From an uncultured Verrucomicrobiota bacterium (lineage in GTDB: Bacteria > Verrucomicrobiota > Verrucomicrobiia > Opitutales > Seribacteraceae), in the NCBI GenBank assembly GCA_902569115.1, contig CACFTI010000003.1:40406-104405 (forward strand): DNA of 64,000 nucleotides. Reading direction: 5' to 3'. Both the position numbers and the translations under genes were made by a program. The notes under the pieces are model-generated. The model saw only the letters and a list, made by a program, of their open reading frames with translations. It ran no database searches and was not told where the DNA came from. Below, one piece after another: positions 48,864-57,595 of this stretch (position 1 is its first letter; every line of letters starts with the position of its first letter).

Positions 48864-49130
48864 ATGAGGAGAAAAATTAATTACAAAGGGAGGGTACAAG
48901 GAGTCGGTTTTAGATGGAATACTGAAAAGGCAGTGCATAGTTTTGATGTGACCGGTTATGTAAAAAATCTGCCTAATGGTTCAGTCGAGTTGTTACTGGA
49001 AGGAAATAGCGGAGAGGTATTGAAAGCAGAGATGGCAGTAGAGGAAAGAATGCGAGGGTATTGGACAGAAAAAGAAAGTGATGTATTGCCAGGTGATGAT
49101 CATTGGCAAGAATTTAAAATCCACTATTGA
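48864..49130 (+). CDS. acyP: Acylphosphatase
   Basis: GRVQGVGFR, GYVKNLPNGSVE. Confidence 0.95.
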   Translation: MRRKINYKGRVQGVGFRWNTEKAVHSFDVTGYVKNLPNGSVELLLEGNSGEVLKAEMAVEERMRGYWTEKESDVLPGDDHWQEFKIHY

Positions 49131-50323
49131 GGTAAGCACCTCTTTAAACTGAGTAGGGCCATGGCTGTTCCATATTGCTGATGATAATCGTAAAATGGGA
49201 AGTCCCACCAAGAGCCGTCTTTTTCCTGTAATGGTACTAGAATCTTTGCCAAGGACTTTTGGTACATGGGTTGATCTGCCGGAGAGAGGTTTTCCACGCA
49301 AAAAGCAGCATAAAGATGTCCATAGTAAAAGAAATATCCAGCCACAGCGAACCATGATTCGTGAGGAACGGGTCTTTTGCGTGCAACATCGAGCCATCCA
49401 TTACGCTTGATAAGCCTATCGAGGCAAAGTTTATGAATATCATTCGTGACTGAATCCTCGCCCCAAATTTGCAATGCATAATTACACGCATGGGATCTGC
49501 CCAGGCTACCAGCGGGTCGATTGATCCCTGACCTTGGTCTGTACTTTAAGTATTCCCCATATAGATAGCTGTGATCAGGAAGTCTTTGGCGTTTGATCGC
49601 ACTTAACGCCCGGGAGACTAACTTATCAGGTACCTCTACCCCGGAGGATTGTGCATCTTTCAGAGCAACCAATCCGGTTGCATTTACAAATGAAATGGAG
49701 GAACCGGATGGCTGTTTCGTCTGGGCATTAAAATCATAGTATCCCCAACCACCATCAATCGATTCGTAGGTTTGAAGCATTTTGATTTGCTGAACCATTA
49801 CTTCTCTAATCTTCTCCTTATATTGTTTACTGGAAGATAATTCGTGCATGCGGTGTAGTGCCTGCAACCCATAAGAATGAGACCAGACATTGTAGAGTGC
49901 CATCGGACTGGCTCTTCTTAATTGGGGTAATTTATCGAGAAGATATTTTTCGGCTTTCTTAATACATTTAGAATAATTTTTGTCACTGTCTTTGATTTCG
50001 AGTAAGGCAGAAAGCGAAAGTGCGGTTACTGCCAGGCGAAATGCCCTATGGGAACCGGGGACAGGGGCGAAAATATTTAGGCCTTTGGTTTGCCGTGCTG
50101 AACCCCAAGAACCGTCTGGGTTTTGTCTTTCTAAAAGAAAATTACAGCCTTTATCCAAGCTGCCTTGAATCTCGGAAGGAGAAAAATTTAGGCGGGATGA
50201 TTGAGCACTCTTGTTGCTGTCAGAGCCATTTAAGGCAGTAAAAGAAAATGAGACTAAAATAAATCCTGCAAAGTGCAGAAAGAGAAAAAATCTTCTTGGG
50301 CGAAAATGTTTTAAAGGTTTCAA
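49124..50323 (-). CDS. Secreted prenyltransferase/squalene-oxidase-repeat (alpha/alpha barrel) protein
   Basis: QNPDGSW, DGGWGY and QEKDGSW QW-repeats; signal peptide; no DXDD motif. Confidence 0.75.
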   Translation of the reverse strand: MKPLKHFRPRRFFLFLHFAGFILVSFSFTALNGSDSNKSAQSSRLNFSPSEIQGSLDKGCNFLLERQNPDGSWGSARQTKGLNIFAPVPGSHRAFRLAVTALSLSALLEIKDSDKNYSKCIKKAEKYLLDKLPQLRRASPMALYNVWSHSYGLQALHRMHELSSSKQYKEKIREVMVQQIKMLQTYESIDGGWGYYDFNAQTKQPSGSSISFVNATGLVALKDAQSSGVEVPDKLVSRALSAIKRQRLPDHSYLYGEYLKYRPRSGINRPAGSLGRSHACNYALQIWGEDSVTNDIHKLCLDRLIKRNGWLDVARKRPVPHESWFAVAGYFFYYGHLYAAFCVENLSPADQPMYQKSLAKILVPLQEKDGSWWDFPFYDYHQQYGTAMALLSLKRCLPQ

Positions 50324-51852
50324 CTTTCTGGTTTGTCCTTAAGAACCTTCATACTCATTCGAATTCCTGAAAGGATCTCCACTGCATCTCCAGATTTTTT
50401 ACCAATTTCAATTGTTTTCTTTTGATGCTTTCCCGTTTTGTTAAGGAAGTAAATATATTTAGAATCTGGATCATCGCTCTCGGAATGAATGACAGAGGAG
50501 GGGAGTGTAATCGCCTCTTTACGATAATAGGTTACGCATTCTAGAGAGCATGCCGATCCTGGCACTGGAGGAAGAAACCCTTTGGGGATTATAATATCAG
50601 CCGTCAGGTCATAAATTCCTGGTTGTACGGGAGTTTTACTTATAGATTTGATCGAGCTTTGTATTTTACTTTCATCTGCTGATATCAGTGTAAGCTTAGC
50701 TTCATTACCAATTTTAACTTGATGGAAGTTTTTTTCAGGAAGATTGAGCCTAGCACGAATCCTTTTGCTTGGAGAAATGGTGACAAAATCTTCATTTGGC
50801 TTTAAGATACCACCCTTTCTGAGTTTTGATTTGAGTAAGTTGGCACCGCTCCACTTGCCGCGGTCAAAAGTTCCCCAAAATAGAATACCGTGCACAGGAC
50901 TTTTAATTGGGTGCATGGCTTTAATGTCTTTTTCTATTTTAGTTTTTTTGATAGCAAATTGTTTTCTCTCTTCCGTCATTTTTCTTCCCTCTAACTTTTT
51001 TCTATTCAGTTCAGCAGGTTTTATTTTTCGTAGAGTTTGCAGAGATAATCTTTCCCGATCAAAATTTGAGTCAGTTGCCTTTTTACCTCGGGGAAGCTGA
51101 AACTTTAAGGCCTCTTCGTTTCTAATTTTAGCTGCTTCATAGGAGAATTTTGCTCGTTCGTATTGATACTGAGCTCGTTGCAGAATAATTTCTTCCGTCT
51201 CTTCAGTAAGATCGTCAGCCTCGTACATTTTCTTTAGCTGATTCAACTCTTCGGCAGCGTAGGCTAGGTATTGCTCTGATGACTTTAAACTCATGGCAGC
51301 AGATTTCTTGTCGAAAGGAAGGTAGATACTATTGTATCGATTATAGTCTTCTTTCACGTACTTTTCGAAGCGATCCATTTCTTCTTTTTCTAATGGAGCG
51401 AGTTCTTCGGCCAGTTTGATTTCGGCTAATAGAATTTCTTTATTAATGTCTAGGATATTTAAATCGTGAGAAAGGAATTGCAGGTGATTACGAATTTTTT
51501 CCATATCTAGCTCCAAGATCATTTCCCCTTTTTTTACCTCTTTGCCGTGAGTGGGAGGTGTGCTTACCCGTAGATCAGTCCAGTTTTGGGTATTAATTGA
51601 AATTGGGATTGCATCCGGATCTTCAATGAAGCCATTTAGCGTGATTGTATTTCGAATGGTCTTTTTAGTTGGGGAAATTGTATGTGGCTGTTCCTTTACT
51701 GAGTTGTGCCTTACGGAACGATCCTCTTGAGCTGAATTTTTATTCGGGAGAGTTTTATTTTGTTGCGACGAATTTGATTCCGAGAAAGCGAATGAAATTC
51801 CTAAATTCAAAATCCAAAAATAGCGAAGGAAGAGCGATATTTTTTTGTTCAT
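50320..51852 (-). CDS. HlyD/membrane-fusion-protein-like periplasmic adaptor with long coiled coil
   Basis: G.EVKKGEMI lipoyl half-motif, long helical hairpin, IKSPVHG, C-terminal G......VEILSGI. Confidence 0.75.
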   Translation of the reverse strand: MNKKISLFLRYFWILNLGISFAFSESNSSQQNKTLPNKNSAQEDRSVRHNSVKEQPHTISPTKKTIRNTITLNGFIEDPDAIPISINTQNWTDLRVSTPPTHGKEVKKGEMILELDMEKIRNHLQFLSHDLNILDINKEILLAEIKLAEELAPLEKEEMDRFEKYVKEDYNRYNSIYLPFDKKSAAMSLKSSEQYLAYAAEELNQLKKMYEADDLTEETEEIILQRAQYQYERAKFSYEAAKIRNEEALKFQLPRGKKATDSNFDRERLSLQTLRKIKPAELNRKKLEGRKMTEERKQFAIKKTKIEKDIKAMHPIKSPVHGILFWGTFDRGKWSGANLLKSKLRKGGILKPNEDFVTISPSKRIRARLNLPEKNFHQVKIGNEAKLTLISADESKIQSSIKSISKTPVQPGIYDLTADIIIPKGFLPPVPGSACSLECVTYYRKEAITLPSSVIHSESDDPDSKYIYFLNKTGKHQKKTIEIGKKSGDAVEILSGIRMSMKVLKDKPES

Positions 51853-51945
51853 AACTATATATTATCTGATTAATAAAGAAAGGGTAGCAAGACTAAAGAA
51901 ATTGTTATCTTCTATGATGCACGACTATCATTTGTGCATGTTTAC

Positions 51946-51975
51946 AAAAAAAAAGTGACCCGAGTGGGTCACTTT
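51946..51975 (-). terminator. Rho-independent terminator of the 51996-52739 gene
   Basis: AAAGTGACCC-gagt-GGGTCACTTT perfect hairpin followed by 9 U on the minus strand, 20 bp after the stop. Confidence 0.85.
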
Positions 51976-51995
51976 AAAATTCTTTATGATTGAAG

Positions 51996-52739
51996 TTAGT
52001 CGATTTGATCAATTTCAAGAGGAAATTTTAACTGCCCCCCATTGCGGGCTATCATTCTGAGTAATGCTTTCGTTCCTTTCTCTACAAGAAAATCAGGTTC
52101 AACTCCCAATTTTATAGCAGTCTCCTCTAAACCCTCAACTGGGACTGGTTGAGTGTTTTTGGTAATCATTGATTGCTGAATTATATCTGGTTCTTCATCC
52201 GGAATTCTGGATGCGGTTGTTTCTTCTTCGATTTCGATTCGGCTAGTTGGAGTAGTCATGGTCTGAGTTGTTGTTGAAATTTCTTTACTTGCAGTTTCAA
52301 TAGACGATGCTTGGAGAGAGGCCAAAATATCAGGTGATTCTTCTTTGGAAAGAGTCTCAGAACTCAACACTTCGTCTTCCGTAAATTCTTCACCATGAGA
52401 ACGGTTTAGTTTTCTGCCTAACTCTTCAAGGTATTGTTCCTGTTCGAGACTGGCTAACCTTTCCTGAGCAATTTCGAGTTTCTCGTTAACCGCAGAAATA
52501 TCTTCCTCCAAGTTATGAACAGGTGTGTCAACAAGTTCGGAAGAAACTTTCAATCCATCTTCTAATGCAGAGATTCGTTGGTCTAAAGCGTCCTTTTGAG
52601 CATTCACTTCTTCAATTAAGGAACCAGTCTCTTCCCTTTTACGGGCAATTTTTAGTTTTCCATCCAACTCCTCTTTCTGCTTAGACAATTCTTCAATCGC
52701 CCACTGAAGGGAATTAACTTTTTCAGATTTAGCACTCAT
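51996..52739 (-). CDS. Acidic coiled-coil hypothetical protein with Thr/Ser-rich linker
   Basis: Heptad-rich N-terminal half, STTTQTMTTPTS linker, small helical C-terminal domain. Confidence 0.75.
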   Translation of the reverse strand: MSAKSEKVNSLQWAIEELSKQKEELDGKLKIARKREETGSLIEEVNAQKDALDQRISALEDGLKVSSELVDTPVHNLEEDISAVNEKLEIAQERLASLEQEQYLEELGRKLNRSHGEEFTEDEVLSSETLSKEESPDILASLQASSIETASKEISTTTQTMTTPTSRIEIEEETTASRIPDEEPDIIQQSMITKNTQPVPVEGLEETAIKLGVEPDFLVEKGTKALLRMIARNGGQLKFPLEIDQID

Positions 52740-52745
52740 TGTCTT

Positions 52746-52774
52746 AAACTAATAAGAATAATAAGGTATTACAA
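52746..52774 (-). promoter_or_regulatory. sigma70-like promoter, probably leaderless
   Basis: TTGTAA-17 bp-TAGTTT-6 bp-ATG. Confidence 0.55.
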
Positions 52775-52815
52775 TTGAATTTTGAATGTTGTATAGGGAG
52801 AAGAAAAAAGAAAAG

Positions 52816-53985
52816 TTACGCATACGAGTAAAGAGCATTCCTTAATGGTCTGCATGTAATTATAGGTTTTGGGGTAAAAAAGTACCTCTTCTGTGCCAAT
52901 GCGTAATTTTTTAAAGCGTCCTGATAATCAGGTCTCTCTCTTGTTATAAGCTCAAGAATTTTACAAGCTCTAGTGTGATCTCCTTGCAGTATATAGCTTG
53001 TTGCAATGTTATTTTGTGCAGGTAAAGAGTAGTTGCTCGATGGAATTATCATTTCGAATGATTCGATTGCATCATTAAGCTTAAGTTCTTTTAAAAATAA
53101 CAACCCTTTGAAAAAGTAGTGGTCAAAAAAGTTGGGGTATTCAGATTCCAGCCTATCGATTGTTTTTTTCAATATTTGCAAATTATTCATGCGATATAAG
53201 ATGCTCAAAAAGGAAACTTCGTTATCATGGCGACTTAACTTACGCTGAAAAATTGTTTTTCGAATGAATTCTAGTTTATATTTTTTAAGAATTCTCTTTT
53301 CGTCATTCAAAAACCCGTCAATCGTCTTAGAAGTGTTATTTGCGTGTCTGCGTATATAAGTCAGTGGTTTTTTGTGATAAGAAAATGTTCCGTGTTTTCC
53401 TATCCTCAACCATAGGTCCCAATCTTGAGAGAATTTGAGACTCTCATCGTAAAGACCTGTTTGCTCAAATACGCTTTTTTTAACGACAGTTCCGGAGTTA
53501 GATAATATGCGGTTGCGCACAAACTGATACCCTAAGAATTCCTCAGGTTGGATTTCCTTGTAGGAAGTTTCGGCGGTTATTTCGCCCTTTTCATCCACAA
53601 TGAAATAGGAAGTATGGAAACCCGCAATTTCTTTACCCTTATACTGGCATAAATGGTTGCTTGTCTCATCGATGAAGGATGGGGCCAAATAGTCGTCTTG
53701 ATCCAAAAATAAAACATAGTCACCCGAGGACTCTTCAATTCCAAGGTTCCTGCACTGGGAAGAACCTTTGTTGCAAGGGTTTCTCAACAACTTGACTTTC
53801 TCGTTTGAATCGGCCAGCTTTTGAACTTTTTGCAGGCCTCGATCCGTACTTTTGTCATCGATTATAATAATTTCATCGATTGGTTGGGTTTGGCTTAGCA
53901 GGCTTTCAAGGGCTTGACTGATGAACTGCTCGCCATTGAAGAGGGGGACTATTGCCGAAACCTTAAATTGTTTGTCAACTGACAC
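52816..53985 (-). CDS. GT2 glycosyltransferase with C-terminal TPR
   Basis: IVPLFN, IDDKSTD, RNLG, FLDQDD, QDWDLW; helical repeats at the C-terminus; GTG start at 53985 probable. Confidence 0.88.
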   Translation of the reverse strand: MSVDKQFKVSAIVPLFNGEQFISQALESLLSQTQPIDEIIIIDDKSTDRGLQKVQKLADSNEKVKLLRNPCNKGSSQCRNLGIEESSGDYVLFLDQDDYLAPSFIDETSNHLCQYKGKEIAGFHTSYFIVDEKGEITAETSYKEIQPEEFLGYQFVRNRILSNSGTVVKKSVFEQTGLYDESLKFSQDWDLWLRIGKHGTFSYHKKPLTYIRRHANNTSKTIDGFLNDEKRILKKYKLEFIRKTIFQRKLSRHDNEVSFLSILYRMNNLQILKKTIDRLESEYPNFFDHYFFKGLLFLKELKLNDAIESFEMIIPSSNYSLPAQNNIATSYILQGDHTRACKILELITRERPDYQDALKNYALAQKRYFFTPKPIITCRPLRNALYSYA

Positions 53986-55501
53986 TGCCTGGGAACCAGA
54001 TGTTCTCCGGTTCAAGGAATTCTTTTAAATTCGAATTGATTGAGCTCCAATGTGCTTTGCCCGTCATCACGATCACTACGGAGTTTCTTAGGTCTGAACA
54101 TTCAAGGGATGAGAGTTTCAGAGTCGGCACTGTTTGGAAGTTGGATGAATCTTCGTTTTGGTCAATGAATCCGGTGACCTGTATTCCTTTGCAATGGAGT
54201 TGATTCATAAAGATCCGTCCTCTTGTTCCTGCTCCGTAGATAAAGATTTTTCCATGAGCCTGCTGATGATCGAGTCTTTTCCACTGTTGGGAGGAAAGTT
54301 TTCCGAGATAAGATTCCCAAAGCGCGGAGACCGAGATCTCGTAGCCTTGATAAGGCGAATGGGTATCGAAGGATTCATAATCTTGGAAGATATCGGTAGT
54401 GGAGAAAGACATTTCATCTTCCCTTTTGACTGATAGGGGCGGAGCGGTCAGGATGAGCTTTGGTTCGTAGACTTGCCCGAGTAGGAAACCATTCATCTCT
54501 TTGAGGTTTTTGTTAACGATGTCATCGCTGTGTATCGTTTCCACTTGGCTCAGGTACTCAGTGGCCTCCTTCGGTTTTCCTTGGGAAAATAGAGCTATGG
54601 CCAAGTTGTTGGCTGCTCCCCAACTGTATTTTTTTGCCAAGCTTCTTTTGAAGAATAGCACGGATTTATCCGGATCACTCTCAGGTTCTCCTCCTTTCCA
54701 TTGAGGGAAAAAGCAGAGGAATCTGTTCCCAAGGTCATGGTAAACATGGGCTTGCTCAGACGAGTCCTCAATGGGCACATCTTTCATAGAGTAAAGCCCG
54801 AGGATTTGCTCTTCCTTTAGCCAATGCTCTTTGATCTGGGTGATTTCCCTGAACATGGTGGAGTCAGTAAGGGTTTGGGTCTCGCAGCCCCAGTAAACCG
54901 TACCGAAGGCTTCCTTAACATAGATGGCCTTTCCAGCCGTAGCGGCTCGCAGACCAAAATCATAATCCGCGGCTTTTTTTAGGTTCTCGTTGAAATAACC
55001 TATTGTGGAATGCAGACTGGCTTTCCACATCGGTTGGTAGCCGAAGAGGTTGTATAGCATGAGCGAAGGTGCGAAAAACTCTCTGTTTGGGAAATCCCTT
55101 TTTTGAAACTGCTCCTCACACGGACCGGTCATTCGGGAATCACCGTAGGCAATCACGGCTTCGTCATCGGCATCAAGTGCGTTGGCCAGTTTCTCGAGGG
55201 AGTCGACATCATGCCGGTCATCCGTATTGGCATTGGTCAGATATCTTCCTTTGGCAATTCGGATTCCACGATTCCATGCTTGGTAAATTGATTCGCGTTC
55301 TTCTGTTCTGAGGTACTCGATTTGAGTTTTTTCTTTTTGGAAATCCGAGACGATTTCCCCCTCGTTTTCCAATGAACCACTATCGATAACCACGATCTCA
55401 AGCTCACCCTTTTCATAGAGGGTTTGGTTCAGCAAATCCTCCAGGCACCCACGAATGAGGTTGGCCGCGTTATAGGTGGAAATGATGGCACTAACCCTCA
55501 T
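53975..55501 (-). CDS. GT2 glycosyltransferase + TPR + C-terminal Rossmann-like domain
   Basis: IISTYN, IDSGS, AWNRG, ANTDD, ADYDF; NNLAIAL TPR; IYGAG..G and GFID. Confidence 0.88.
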   Translation of the reverse strand: MRVSAIISTYNAANLIRGCLEDLLNQTLYEKGELEIVVIDSGSLENEGEIVSDFQKEKTQIEYLRTEERESIYQAWNRGIRIAKGRYLTNANTDDRHDVDSLEKLANALDADDEAVIAYGDSRMTGPCEEQFQKRDFPNREFFAPSLMLYNLFGYQPMWKASLHSTIGYFNENLKKAADYDFGLRAATAGKAIYVKEAFGTVYWGCETQTLTDSTMFREITQIKEHWLKEEQILGLYSMKDVPIEDSSEQAHVYHDLGNRFLCFFPQWKGGEPESDPDKSVLFFKRSLAKKYSWGAANNLAIALFSQGKPKEATEYLSQVETIHSDDIVNKNLKEMNGFLLGQVYEPKLILTAPPLSVKREDEMSFSTTDIFQDYESFDTHSPYQGYEISVSALWESYLGKLSSQQWKRLDHQQAHGKIFIYGAGTRGRIFMNQLHCKGIQVTGFIDQNEDSSNFQTVPTLKLSSLECSDLRNSVVIVMTGKAHWSSINSNLKEFLEPENIWFPGSVS

Positions 55502-55530
55502 TTTTCAAGGCTCGAGTTTCCATGGTCGTG

Positions 55531-56322
55531 TCATTCATGCTGTTGGCCGGGTGGTGCATCTGGCAAGGTATAGGCCAATGATTTATTCATGAATAGTGCG
55601 TTTCCGTGATTGCGGACACGGTTTTCTTGAGCCGAGAAACCCAAGAAATAAAAACGATCGTTTAGGAGTTCCTGAATATCCCTCAGATTTTTTGCACCCT
55701 TGTAAAACTCTATTGTGCTCGCTTCTGTGTACAGCAACTTGAGCGACCTCAGGAGCTTGTCGTTTAGCGATGAGATGATCCGGTATTCCGCGCCTTGTAC
55801 ATCGATGAAAAGCAAATCCGGTGCTCTCAGGTTGAATTCGTGTATGACCGTTTCAAGTTTTCGGCAATCGACCTTTACAGTTTCCGTTTTTTCAACCCAC
55901 GGATAGACTTCCTTGTGTTTTTCCAATTCGAGAAGAGAACTCGATTCAAGATTGTTGGTGATATGGAAATCAGCGATGCCTTCATGGTCGGTGATGGCAT
56001 ATGGAAACACCCGTACATAATCCAAATTCGCAGTGGCTTTTTCAAGGTGTTCAACCAGCTTGGGAATGGGTTCGAATAGGTAGATTTGTTCGATCTTTGG
56101 GAAGAGATCGAGGAGTAGTTCATGTTCCTGGAATTTATTGGCCCCAACAGCGTATATCACACGGATCTGCTCAGCGGCTTTTGGACTTCTGAGCGGAATC
56201 TCTTTTAGCAAATCGTCTACAGTCTCAATCCGTTGTTCGGCAGTCCACCATATTGCGGGTGAGAAATTGCTTGCTGATGCTGATGTTTCGCCATTGGGGC
56301 GTGCATTTTTCTTTTTTTTCAA
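55531..56322 (-). CDS. FkbM-family SAM-dependent methyltransferase
   Basis: VGAN, LFEP, SSSLL, IDVQGAE, LYTE. Confidence 0.88.
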   Translation of the reverse strand: MKKKKNARPNGETSASASNFSPAIWWTAEQRIETVDDLLKEIPLRSPKAAEQIRVIYAVGANKFQEHELLLDLFPKIEQIYLFEPIPKLVEHLEKATANLDYVRVFPYAITDHEGIADFHITNNLESSSLLELEKHKEVYPWVEKTETVKVDCRKLETVIHEFNLRAPDLLFIDVQGAEYRIISSLNDKLLRSLKLLYTEASTIEFYKGAKNLRDIQELLNDRFYFLGFSAQENRVRNHGNALFMNKSLAYTLPDAPPGQQHE

Positions 56323-56491
56323 TCCTAGTCTTTGTTAGGGGGAGAAATCTTTGTGGAGCTTCTGATGCACTTCAAGCTCGCTCCCGCCAATGTGGCTTTT
56401 TCGGTCATTTGGCGGCTATTGCCGAGCGTGAAGGAAACTCTCGTATCTCGAGGGTAATGGGAAACGGGAGGGTGGGTGAGTCAAGTCAGAT

Positions 56492-57595
56492 TCAACCGTA
56501 GAAATCTCGGATGCATTTGACCACCTCTTCCTGATCTTCCCTTGAAATAAAGGGGTGCATCGGCAGGGAGAGAATCTCGGATTGTCTCTTGTGGGCCACT
56601 GGGAAATCCGAAGGAGAGTGACCGAGGTAACCATAAGCCTCCAAGAAGGGGAGGGCACTGGGATAATTGATTACGGTTCCAACTCCCTTGCCCTGCAGAT
56701 ACTCCTTGAGTTGGTCCCGCTGCGGAACCCTAACTACGTAGAGGTGATAAACGTGTTTGTTCCAACTGTTTTCCCTCGGTGTGATGACGCAATCAAGTTC
56801 CTCGAGTAACTCGTCGTAGATTCTAGCGGCGGAACGCCTCATTTCCGTCCATTGGTCAATTTTACTAAGCTTGACGTTGAGGACGGCTGCTTGGATGCCG
56901 TCCATCCTTGAGTTGATTCCCTCGATTTTGTGGTTTCCCTTTCCTCCGTGCCGCGCAAAGAGTTTCATGAAGTCCGCCAAGTCACCCCGCCCGGTCACGA
57001 TGCATCCGGCGTCACCCATGGCACCGAGGTTCTTTCCTGGGTAAAAAGAGAAGGTTGCCGCATCGCCGAAGGTTCCAACCATCCGTTCCTTGTAAGTTGC
57101 GAAATGAGCTTGGGCACAGTCCTCGAGTACCCAGAGGTTCCGAGCCTTTGCGAATTCCATAAGAGCGTCCATATCGACGGCCTGACCATAGAGGTGCACG
57201 GGGACGATCCCCTTGGTCCGTTCTGTGACCAAACCTTCAAGTAAGGAGACATCGAGGAGGAAGTCCTCGGGGTCGACATCGCAAAAGACGACTCGGGCGC
57301 CGGTCTGGGTGATCGTTTCCGAGGTGGAGATCCATGAGTGGGCAGTAGTGATCACCTCGTCACCCGGACCCGCTCCGAGGGCTTTGAGTGAGACATAGAG
57401 AGCGTCTGTTCCATTCGCGCAGGAGACACATTCGCCAGCCTCGTTCTTCTTTGCGAAATTTTTCTCGAAAGCATCGACATGCGGACCGCGAACGAAGCTT
57501 GATTCGGCAATTACCTTCGCAACGGCTGTGTCAATTTCGTCCCGCAAGGCCAAGTACTGAGCATTAAGATCAACGAAGGGAATCATGTTAGGCAT
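56492..57595 (-). CDS. DegT/DnrJ/EryC1/StrS nucleotide-sugar aminotransferase
   Basis: NGTDAL, PVHLYGQ, EDCAQAH, SFYPGKNLGAMGDAG, NSRMD. Confidence 0.93.
   Translation of the reverse strand: MPNMIPFVDLNAQYLALRDEIDTAVAKVIAESSFVRGPHVDAFEKNFAKKNEAGECVSCANGTDALYVSLKALGAGPGDEVITTAHSWISTSETITQTGARVVFCDVDPEDFLLDVSLLEGLVTERTKGIVPVHLYGQAVDMDALMEFAKARNLWVLEDCAQAHFATYKERMVGTFGDAATFSFYPGKNLGAMGDAGCIVTGRGDLADFMKLFARHGGKGNHKIEGINSRMDGIQAAVLNVKLSKIDQWTEMRRSAARIYDELLEELDCVITPRENSWNKHVYHLYVVRVPQRDQLKEYLQGKGVGTVINYPSALPFLEAYGYLGHSPSDFPVAHKRQSEILSLPMHPFISREDQEEVVKCIRDFYG

Noticed and set aside
49124-50323. Squalene-hopene cyclase
   Set aside because: Single barrel of about 400 aa, signal peptide and no DXDD motif
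56323-56491. SAM-I riboswitch, suggested by CGGCAA...GTGC...AAGAT fragments upstream of a methyltransferase
   Set aside because: The P1 AUCxAGAG and kink-turn elements are absent; kept only as a generic structured leader
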